37,425 nt of DNA from Patulibacter sp. Its GTDB lineage: Bacteria > Actinomycetota > Thermoleophilia > Solirubrobacterales > Solirubrobacteraceae. The DNA lies in the NCBI GenBank assembly GCA_041648495.1, contig JBAZOW010000001.1:1-37425 (forward strand), in the 5' to 3' direction. Under the pieces are notes generated by a model. The model made no database searches, was not told where the DNA came from, and worked only from the letters and a program-made list of their open reading frames with translations. The translations under genes and the position numbers were made by a program. How positions within the stretch are numbered: position 1 is the first letter of the stretch; each line of letters starts with the position of its first letter. Below are positions 28,514-35,908 of this stretch, in pieces.

Positions 28514-30084
28514 GCCGCCACCGCCGCGGGCGTCGCGACCCGACCGGGTGCCGACGGGCCGACGCGGGTGCGCAGCGCTTCGAGCGCGCGCGGCGCTTCC
28601 GCCGGCCCGCCGAGCGCGAAGACGTAGCGGTCGGGCCGCAGCAGCACCCACGTCGCGTGGTGCCGCGCCAGCCAGTCGCCGATCGCGCCCTCGACGTCCT
28701 CCAGGTCACGGCCGAGGACGAGGACCCGTTCGACCCCGCGGCCGAGGACGGCCGCGCTCTGCTCGTCGGCCGAGATCAGGCCCCAGCCGCGACCGAGCAG
28801 CTCGTCCAGGCGGACCGGCGGCCCGGCGGGCTCCGAGACCAGGGGCTGCGGGAAGAGCGCCCCGATCCCGCGCCGGAACGGCAGGCGGTGCGGCCGCCGG
28901 GCGAACGCCCCGGAGGGATAGGTCGGCAACGGCTTGACGTTCTCGCGGACCCACTCCATGACGCCGATCCGCTCGAGCGCGGGCAGGATCCGGTCGCGCG
29001 CCGCGGCGGTCCGCGGGCTGGTCGTCTGCAGCACCCCGCCCCAGCGGACCGCCATCCGCTGCATCTGCGCGACGTGCGGGCGACGTTCCTGCTCGTAGCT
29101 GTCCAGCAGTGCATCGGGCGCCCCGCGGAGGACGGCGGCGAGCTTCCACGCCAGGTTGCCCGCGTCCCGAGCTCCCGACGAGAAGCCCTGCCCGACGAAC
29201 GGCGGCATCACGTGCGCCGCATCGCCGGCGAGGAAGACGCGACCGCGGCGCCAACGGGACGCGGTACGGGCGTGGAAGGCGTAGACGACCGCCCGCTCGA
29301 TCTCGACCGGGGCGCCGTCGGTCCACGGACGCACCAGCTGCTGCAGCTTCGCGGGACGCAGCAGCGGCTCGGGGTCCTCCTCCGGGTGCAGCATGAACTC
29401 CCAGCGGTGACGGCCCGGCGACATCGGCAGGGAGACCGTCGGCCGTTGCGGGTCGCCGACGAAGTGCGGATGCGGAGCGTGGGCGACCGGCCGGTCGACG
29501 AGCGCGTCGATCACGATCCAGCGCTGCGCGAAGGTCGACCCCGCGAACGACGCACCGATCCGCGCGCGGACGGCTCCGGCCGCTCCCTCGCAGCCGACCA
29601 GGAATCGGCTCCGCACCCGCTCGCGGCGTCCGCCGGCGACGGGGCGGACCCAGGCGTCGACGTGGTCGGCGGCGCGGTCGATCGCCTCGACGCGGGTGCC
29701 CCACCGCAGCTCCACCTGCGGGATCTCACCGATCCGGGCGACGAGGGTCCGTTCGATCGACGGCTGGTGGATCGAGACCATCGGCGGGTGACCGAAGGGC
29801 CCGTGATCCGGGCGCAGGATCTCGATCGGCCGGCCGGCCGCCGTGCGGTACGTGATCGTGCGCTGCGCCTGCGACGCCGCCAGGACCTCGGCGTCGACGC
29901 CGACGGTCTGGAAGATCCGCAGGACCTCGTCGTCGATCACCGCGGCCCGCGGCAGGTCGTAGGTGGCCTGGGCCTGCTCGACCACGACGACCGAGACCCC
30001 GAGGTCGCCCAGCAGGCACGCCAGCAGCGCGCCGACGGGTCCGGCCCCGACGACCAGGACGTCGCAGTCGACGGGGTCAGGCAT
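28510..30084 (-). CDS. FAD-dependent aromatic monooxygenase, MhpA (3-hydroxyphenylpropionate hydroxylase)-like
   Basis: VVGAGPVG, PRAAVIDDE, VGCEGA (DG motif variant), RWEF, LAGDAAHVMPPFVGQG, NLAWKL, LLRPDRYV. Confidence 0.9.
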   Translation of the reverse strand: MPDPVDCDVLVVGAGPVGALLACLLGDLGVSVVVVEQAQATYDLPRAAVIDDEVLRIFQTVGVDAEVLAASQAQRTITYRTAAGRPIEILRPDHGPFGHPPMVSIHQPSIERTLVARIGEIPQVELRWGTRVEAIDRAADHVDAWVRPVAGGRRERVRSRFLVGCEGAAGAVRARIGASFAGSTFAQRWIVIDALVDRPVAHAPHPHFVGDPQRPTVSLPMSPGRHRWEFMLHPEEDPEPLLRPAKLQQLVRPWTDGAPVEIERAVVYAFHARTASRWRRGRVFLAGDAAHVMPPFVGQGFSSGARDAGNLAWKLAAVLRGAPDALLDSYEQERRPHVAQMQRMAVRWGGVLQTTSPRTAAARDRILPALERIGVMEWVRENVKPLPTYPSGAFARRPHRLPFRRGIGALFPQPLVSEPAGPPVRLDELLGRGWGLISADEQSAAVLGRGVERVLVLGRDLEDVEGAIGDWLARHHATWVLLRPDRYVFALGGPAEAPRALEALRTRVGPSAPGRVATPAAVAA

Positions 30085-31093
30085 CCGTTCGTGAGCCGAG
30101 GGCCGTCTCGGGCGTGGCGTCGGCGGAGATCGTCGTGGTCAGGTCGCCGATCCCGTCGATCTCCAGGCGCACGGTCTGGCCCCGCCGGACCCAGCGATCG
30201 AGCTCGAGGCCGCAGCAGCCCGGCATCGTCCCGGTCGAGAAGACGTCGCCCGGCGCCAGGTACTCGCCCTTCGACGCGTGGGCCAGCATGTCGCCGATGT
30301 CCCAGTGCGCCTCGGCGGTGTTGCCCGCGCACCACTGCTCGCCGTCGACGAGGACCCGGCCCGTCGCGGTCCGCCAGTCGGGCAGCTCGTCGGCGGTGAC
30401 GACGTCCGCGCCCATCGAGTTGGCGAACGTCTTGGACTTCACGACCGGCCCGAAGACGCTGTGGCGGACGTCCTCGGCCTGGACGTCGCGGGCGCTCCAG
30501 TCGTTGAGGACGAACCAGCCGCCGATCGCGGCCCGCGCCTGCTCCGGCGTCGCGTCGCTGAGCGGCCGGGCCAGCACGCAGGCGAGCTCGAGCTCGAAGT
30601 CGAGGAACTCCGTGTACGAGGGCCACCAGACGTCCTCGTGATCGCCGAGCATCGCCGCGTGATTGCCGACGTACATCGGCGGCGCGGCGTAGAAGCCCTT
30701 GTTCGGCTTCAGCGCCGGGAACGTGCGGTGCGTGACCCGCTCGTAGGTGGCCACGGCACGCGCCATCGGCGGCGGGAAGAACCGCTTGACGAGGACGCGG
30801 GCGGACTGCTCGAGGTGCCCGGGGAAGACCATGAAGGCCCGCATCGAGCGAGCGGGGAACGGCAGCCCGGCGGTCGCCGGGTCGACGGACTCGGACTCCG
30901 CGGCGGCCCGCGCGACCTGCTCGGCGAGCGCGGAGCGCTCCGCCGCGGGAAGCGCCAGCACTCCGAGCAGGTCGATCTCGGCGGGTACCCCGAGGTCCGC
31001 CGCACCGGCCTCGACGGCGGAACGGACGGCGATCCAGCGGCCGCTGGTGGGGTCGAGGGCGATCGGGCCAAGGGGCGTGGTGCGCAGGCGCAT
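30077..31093 (-). CDS. Fumarylacetoacetate hydrolase (FAH) family protein
   Basis: LDFELELA, NDWSARDVQ, KSKTFA, PGDVFSTGT, LEIDGIGDL. Confidence 0.9.
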   Translation of the reverse strand: MRLRTTPLGPIALDPTSGRWIAVRSAVEAGAADLGVPAEIDLLGVLALPAAERSALAEQVARAAAESESVDPATAGLPFPARSMRAFMVFPGHLEQSARVLVKRFFPPPMARAVATYERVTHRTFPALKPNKGFYAAPPMYVGNHAAMLGDHEDVWWPSYTEFLDFELELACVLARPLSDATPEQARAAIGGWFVLNDWSARDVQAEDVRHSVFGPVVKSKTFANSMGADVVTADELPDWRTATGRVLVDGEQWCAGNTAEAHWDIGDMLAHASKGEYLAPGDVFSTGTMPGCCGLELDRWVRRGQTVRLEIDGIGDLTTTISADATPETALGSRTDA

Positions 31094-31148
31094 GGGAAAG
31101 ATCTCGTCGTTCGATCGGGGGCGAGGTCGCCGTGAGCGTACACGTAAC

Positions 31149-31162
31149 TGATGAGTTCATCA
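31149..31162. promoter_or_regulatory. Putative TetR operator between the divergent FAH and tetR genes
   Basis: TGATGA-GT-TCATCA inverted repeat in an AT-rich 107-bp divergent intergenic region. Confidence 0.7.
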
Positions 31163-31200
31163 ACTCTGATTTCTTGATCGCTAGTGATACGGTCTCCCCC

Positions 31201-31827
31201 GTGGCCACCCCGACCCGCACGTCACGCCGCCGTGAGGCCACCCGGGCCCGGCTCGTCGCCGCGGCCCGCGAGCTCTTCGCCGAGCAGGGCTTCGAGCCGA
31301 CGCGGATCAACGAGATCACCGAGCGGGCCGACGTCGGGTTCGGGTCGTTCTACAACCACTTCGCGTCGAAGGACGCGATCGTCGCGGCCGTCATCGCCAC
31401 GGCGGTCGAGGAGCACGGCTCGGCCGTCGACGCCCTGACCGCGGACCTCGAGGACCCCGCCGAGGTCGTCGCGGTCGCGCACCGCTACTTCGTGCGGTTG
31501 GCCGGGGACGACCCGATCTGGGCGTGGCTGCTCGTTCGGCTGGACCTCTCGCACAACGTGCTCTCGAGCGCCCTCGGCGAGCGCGCCTTCCGCGACCTCC
31601 AGGCCGGCCTCGACGCGGGAAGGTTCACCGTCGCCTCGGTACCGGTCGCGCTCGTGGGCTCCGGGGGTGCGCTGGTCGGCGTGATGCGGGGCGTACTCGA
31701 CGGCGCGATCCCCGCGGACCGCGCCGGAACCGACCACGCCGCGGGGGTCCTGCGACTGTTCGGCGTCCCGGCGGCCGACGCCGCGGAGGTCGCGGAGCGG
31801 CCACTGCCCCCGGCCACGCGGCCCTGA
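31201..31827 (+). CDS. TetR/AcrR family transcriptional regulator
   Basis: TRARLVAAARELFAEQGF...INEITERADVGFGSFYNHFASK HTH; GTG 31201 lies 7 nt after TACGGT. Confidence 0.93.
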   Translation: MATPTRTSRRREATRARLVAAARELFAEQGFEPTRINEITERADVGFGSFYNHFASKDAIVAAVIATAVEEHGSAVDALTADLEDPAEVVAVAHRYFVRLAGDDPIWAWLLVRLDLSHNVLSSALGERAFRDLQAGLDAGRFTVASVPVALVGSGGALVGVMRGVLDGAIPADRAGTDHAAGVLRLFGVPAADAAEVAERPLPPATRP

Positions 31828-31884
31828 GGCGCGCGACGCCGCGGCCGTGCGGGGGCTCGCTCGTCCTTCCGCGACGGTCGCCGA

Positions 31885-32151
31885 CTAGTCGAGCGTGCCC
31901 GAGGCCGTCAAGCTCTCCCCGTCCTGCGGGAAGAACTCGCCGATGTGCACGTCGAGGCCCTTGGCGAGCTTCTCGATCGTGCGCAGCGTCGGGCTCAGAG
32001 CACAACGCTCGATCTTACTGACGGTCGCCGTCGGGAGTCCCGCCGCGAAGGCGACGTCCTCCTGCGTCCACTCGCGCTCGGCCCGGATCCGTACGACCGA
32101 CGCCGCCAGAAGACGGGCGGCAGGTGTCGGCGGACCAGGCACGCGCGCCAT
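31885..32151 (-). CDS. Small XRE/Cro-C1-type HTH regulator
   Basis: RIRAEREWTQEDVAFAAGLPTATVSKIERCALSPTLRTIEKLAKGLDV. Confidence 0.88.
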   Translation of the reverse strand: MARVPGPPTPAARLLAASVVRIRAEREWTQEDVAFAAGLPTATVSKIERCALSPTLRTIEKLAKGLDVHIGEFFPQDGESLTASGTLD

Positions 32152-32322
32152 GCTGACCTTTAAAGCCTCGACTGGCCAAGGCTTTTATGGCTATCGGCGG
32201 GGAGGGCCCCCCGCGTAAAGACGTCGCTATGCCGTCGCAGAGCGGTGTTGCGGTTCAGTCGCGTCCATCCTCCGGGGCCGAATCGTCAAGCATCGTGTCT
32301 GTTTCGCGACGCTCCCGGGCGC

Positions 32323-33624
32323 TCAGCGACGCTTCGCGATCGCGGCCTCGATCGCGTCGAGCCGCTGCTCGAGCCGGGCGTTCTCGTTCCGCAACGAGGA
32401 CACCTGACCGCGCAACGCCTTCTGAACGCGGTTACCCCGCTCGAATCGACTGTCGGCGAGCGTCGCCTGACGCTCCAGCTCGCGGATCCGCCGCTCGTGA
32501 CCGTGCTGGACCTGCTCGGCCGCGCCGACCCGAGCGTCCTGCCGCTCGATCGTCTTGGTCGCTCCGCTCGCCACGGCGTCCGCGGCGTCGACCCGCTTGC
32601 CCAACTCCGCGAGCAGCGCTTGAGCAGCGTCGACGCGCGCGGCCAACGGGGCCACGTCGACCCCGGCCTCGCCGCTGAGCAGCGCCTGGACGCCGGTCAG
32701 GGCCACGGCCGCGACGTCACCGGGGGCGATCCGGGCGTCGCTGCCGCCCAACCCGAACGCGGTGCGGAACGCGGCGCCGTTCGGCGCCAGGTGCTCGGCA
32801 CCGCCGTCGCTGGCGAGGCCGAAGCGCTCGATCGGCAGCGTGCGGATCGCGTCGGCGACGGCGTTGACGTCGACCGGCGTGACCCCGCTCTGGCTCGCCG
32901 GGTCCGCGGTCTGCTGGACGGTCCCTCCGGCGGTCACACCACCGCCGGCCACCACGCCGGCCCGCGCCGTGGCCGTACCGGAGCTCGACAGCACCAGGCT
33001 CGGCAGGACGCCCGGCCCCGTCGGGGTCAGCGCGACCGTGCCGTCGGCGGCCGTCGCCATCGTCCAGCCCACGTCGGCGGCCCCGTCGCTCAGCTGCAAC
33101 GCGACCGGGCCGTTGTTCTCCAGCGTGGCCAGCGTGCGGCTCGCCACGGTGCCGTTGGACTCGCTCACCTGCAGCGCGGCGGTGCCGTCGGTCCGGGCGA
33201 CGTGCAGCGCGGAGGCCGGCTCCCAGGTCCCGATGCCCACGCGACCGCCCTTCAGCGTCAGGCTGTTGGTCGGCGATCCCGGCTGGATCCGGAACGGCAG
33301 CAGGCTGCCACCCGTGAGATCCCGCACGAAGAAGTTCGCCTCGTTGCCCGCGACGTCCCAGATCTGCGGGACGAACCCACCCGTCGCGGGCTGATCCAGG
33401 CGTACGCCCGGGGTGTCGCCGCGCGTCACGTCGAGCGAGAGGCCCGGGGCCGTGGTCGGGCACTGCTCGCCGACGCACGCCTTGCCCTGGACGATGAACG
33501 GTGCCTCGGCGGGCGGGATGACGGTCTGCGCGGACGCGGCGGGCGCGAGGCCGACGAGCGCCACCAGCGCGGCGGTCACGGTCGTGACGGCGCGGTGACG
33601 AACGACAGATGGTTGGTGGGGCAC
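32323..33624 (-). CDS. Secreted fibre-like protein with a degenerate peptidase S74 (intramolecular chaperone) domain and C-terminal coiled coil
   Basis: Signal peptide ending AASA; WDVAGNEANFFVRD...LPFRIQPG, GRVGIGTWEPASALHV repeat unit; S74-like TPVD...IRTLPI...HLAP...FRTAFGLG...VALTGVQAL; heptad-rich tail; GAGGA RBS. Confidence 0.72.
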   Translation of the reverse strand: MPHQPSVVRHRAVTTVTAALVALVGLAPAASAQTVIPPAEAPFIVQGKACVGEQCPTTAPGLSLDVTRGDTPGVRLDQPATGGFVPQIWDVAGNEANFFVRDLTGGSLLPFRIQPGSPTNSLTLKGGRVGIGTWEPASALHVARTDGTAALQVSESNGTVASRTLATLENNGPVALQLSDGAADVGWTMATAADGTVALTPTGPGVLPSLVLSSSGTATARAGVVAGGGVTAGGTVQQTADPASQSGVTPVDVNAVADAIRTLPIERFGLASDGGAEHLAPNGAAFRTAFGLGGSDARIAPGDVAAVALTGVQALLSGEAGVDVAPLAARVDAAQALLAELGKRVDAADAVASGATKTIERQDARVGAAEQVQHGHERRIRELERQATLADSRFERGNRVQKALRGQVSSLRNENARLEQRLDAIEAAIAKRR

Positions 33625-33705
33625 GGCGGATCCTCTCGGCGGGTGAGTCGGTGGACCCTACACCCGCCCGGGCCGGTACCCACGGATCCACCGGGGCGCG
33701 CCGCG

Positions 33706-34602
33706 CTACCCGACCGCGCGCCGCAGCCGCTCGGCGACGTCGGCGTCCAAGCCCGTCCCCACCGCCAGCTCGATCCCCGGCCGCGCCAGCGCGCGGTACC
33801 CCGCCGCAACATCCGGGGCGTGCTCGTCCAGCCACTCCAGGTGGCGTTCGACGGTGCCAACGTCCCCCCGGCGCAACGGCCCGCTCAGCGCATTGTCGAC
33901 GCCTTCGGCGGCCAGGTTGTCCAACGTTCCCCGCATCAGCGGCACCAGCGTGTCGCGCGCGCCGTCCGGGTCGAAGCCCGCCGCGGCCAGCAGCTCGGCG
34001 GCCTGGGCCGCCAGCACGACGAGGTAGTTCGAGGCCATCACCGCGGCGGCGTGGTAGGCGGTCCAGCCGTCGGCGGCGACGGCTCGCGGAACCGCTCCGA
34101 CCGCGGTCGCCAGGGCCTCCAGCCGAGCCAGGAGCACCGGCGTGCTCGCGGCGATCCCGACGGTGATCCCGTGGAACGCGTCGGGGGACCGCACCTCGGG
34201 GAACGCGGCGAACGGGTGCGCGATCCCGACGGAGAAGCCCGCGTCGGCCAGCGGCTGTAGCGGCGCGAAGCCGCTGGCCCCGCTGAGGTGGACGACCGCG
34301 GGGCGGCGCCGGACGTTCGACTCGCCGGACACCGAGGCCCCAGAGTCGTTCGCCGGCGCAACCGACGCCGAGCTCGCGTCCGCTATCGCGGCGGCCACCC
34401 GCTCGGCCACCGCGCCGATCGCCCCGTCGGGAACCGCCAGCACCACCAGTTCGTCGGCGGCGAAGCCCGCCGCGAAGGACGCGTCCTCGCGGGCGGAGCG
34501 CACCGTCACCGCGACCCCGGCGTCGGCCAGGGCCCCCGCCAGCGAGCGCCCGACCCGGCCGCGGCCGAGGATCGTCACCGGGGGTCGCGGCTCGCTCGCC
34601 AT
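33706..34602 (-). CDS. Rossmann-like + DUF2520 oxidoreductase (PanG-type ketopantoate reductase family)
   Basis: ILGRGRVG, LAVPDGAI, VVHLSGA, AHP, YHAAAVMASNY, LSGPLRRGD..TVERHL. Confidence 0.88.
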   Translation of the reverse strand: MASEPRPPVTILGRGRVGRSLAGALADAGVAVTVRSAREDASFAAGFAADELVVLAVPDGAIGAVAERVAAAIADASSASVAPANDSGASVSGESNVRRRPAVVHLSGASGFAPLQPLADAGFSVGIAHPFAAFPEVRSPDAFHGITVGIAASTPVLLARLEALATAVGAVPRAVAADGWTAYHAAAVMASNYLVVLAAQAAELLAAAGFDPDGARDTLVPLMRGTLDNLAAEGVDNALSGPLRRGDVGTVERHLEWLDEHAPDVAAGYRALARPGIELAVGTGLDADVAERLRRAVG

Positions 34603-34612
34603 CGACGCGACG

Positions 34613-35170
34613 CTACCCGCGCGGATCGGGGGTCGGGCTGGGGATCGCCGGGCGGTTGGTCTCGGTGACCAGCTGCTCGGCGCCCTCGTCGATCCGCCAG
34701 TCGGACTCCGGAGCGGTGCCGACGGCCATGTCAGAGTCCTTGGTGTCCTCCGCCAGCTCCGCCTCGGACAGGCGCACGACCTCGAAGGTCATCCGCGGAC
34801 CCCTGCCGCGGAAGACCTCGACCGTCGCGCGGTCGCCGTCGACGCGGGCCTCGAGCTCGACGTCCTCGGCGGCCCGCCCGGTGCCCTCGCCGGTCGACGG
34901 GGCTCCGGGCAGCGCCACGATCGCCCGGTTCATGGCGTCCCGACAGGACGCGGCGTTCCTGGCCATCCGTTCCCGCGCCGCCTCGGTCATCAACGCACAG
35001 GCCCGCTGGCCGTTGTTCTGGCCGACGGTCGCGCGGAGGAACTGGTGGACGGCGGAGCGCGGATCGTCCTCGGGGTACGAGCCCTTCGGCTGCAGACCGC
35101 AGCCGGTCAGGCCGACCACGAGCGCGACCAGCAGCGCCGCCCTGCTCCCTCGGTGGAGGCCGCCGCTCAC
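34613..35170 (-). CDS. Putative lipoprotein (NTF2-like/DUF4878-style)
   Basis: Lipobox LTGC after a hydrophobic stretch; AVHQFLRA...ACALMT...C, VDGDRATV, WRID; GTG overlaps the upstream TGA. Confidence 0.72.
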   Translation of the reverse strand: MSGGLHRGSRAALLVALVVGLTGCGLQPKGSYPEDDPRSAVHQFLRATVGQNNGQRACALMTEAARERMARNAASCRDAMNRAIVALPGAPSTGEGTGRAAEDVELEARVDGDRATVEVFRGRGPRMTFEVVRLSEAELAEDTKDSDMAVGTAPESDWRIDEGAEQLVTETNRPAIPSPTPDPRG

Positions 35171-35817
35171 GCCTCGGGGTCTTCGTCGTCCTCGTAGAGC
35201 GACTCGCGGGCGAGCTCCTCGCCGTTGGCCGTGAGCACCGCGACCTCGAGCGTGTCGCCGTGGAAGTCGTCCGGCGCGAGCAGCGTGAAGCGGCCCTCGC
35301 GGATCGGGCAGCGGTCGACGACGATCCCGTCCAGCTCGGCGACGGCGTGCGCGGCGCCGGAGACCAGCGGGCGACCCCAGACCAGGGTCATCGCGGCGAC
35401 GTCGCCGTCCCCGCGCCACGACCCGACGACCGACTCGCAGAGGTCGATCTTCCAGTCGGGGTTGTGCTCGGCCAGCTCGCCGGTGACCTGGGCGTCGCCC
35501 TCGAGCGCGCGCGGCTCCGACCCGGGCTCGTCACCGGCCGGGACGTAGCGGACGTAGCCGTAGGCCTCCAGGCGGGTGGTCGTCCGGGTGCTGACCGGCA
35601 CGAAGGTGCGGCCGTGCCAGGTGCGGTCCGGGTACCAGACCAGCTCGCCGACCTCGCCGATCCCGTCGGCCTCGGCCGGCTCCTCGGGATCGGGTTCCAG
35701 CTCGCCGACGGCGGTGGTGAACGCGGCGCCGAGGCGCTCCGCCCAACGACCGTACGGCGCCGTCTCCTGCGGCGGCTCGGCAGCGTAGCGCGGCAGGAAG
35801 TGCTCGAGTTCGGGCAT
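35167..35817 (-). CDS. Acidic hypothetical protein
   Basis: 216-aa ORF with globular composition (LPRYAAEPPQE, WYPDRTWHGRT, ELARESLY); TAGACT 8 nt before the ATG. Confidence 0.75.
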   Translation of the reverse strand: MPELEHFLPRYAAEPPQETAPYGRWAERLGAAFTTAVGELEPDPEEPAEADGIGEVGELVWYPDRTWHGRTFVPVSTRTTTRLEAYGYVRYVPAGDEPGSEPRALEGDAQVTGELAEHNPDWKIDLCESVVGSWRGDGDVAAMTLVWGRPLVSGAAHAVAELDGIVVDRCPIREGRFTLLAPDDFHGDTLEVAVLTANGEELARESLYEDDEDPEA

Positions 35818-35872
35818 CGGACCGGAGTCTACGGCGGGCTCGGCGGAGATGCCGCAGGACTCCGAAGGACGG

Positions 35873-35902
35873 CGGGGAGACGACCGGACGGCCGCCTCCC
35901 CG
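35873..35902 (-). terminator. Stem-loop after the large secreted protein gene
   Basis: On the - strand CGGGGAGGCGGCCG-tc-CGGTCGTCTCCCCG pairs with G-U wobbles, 6 nt after the stop. Confidence 0.55.
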
Positions 35903-35908
35903 GACCCG

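Noticed and set aside
26563-33624. Integrative element or prophage at tRNA-Arg (Fic, catabolic operon, XRE, fibre-like gene)
   Set aside because: No integrase or phage structural genes, and I found no duplicate of the tRNA 3' end by eye; an accessory origin remains possible but unsupported.
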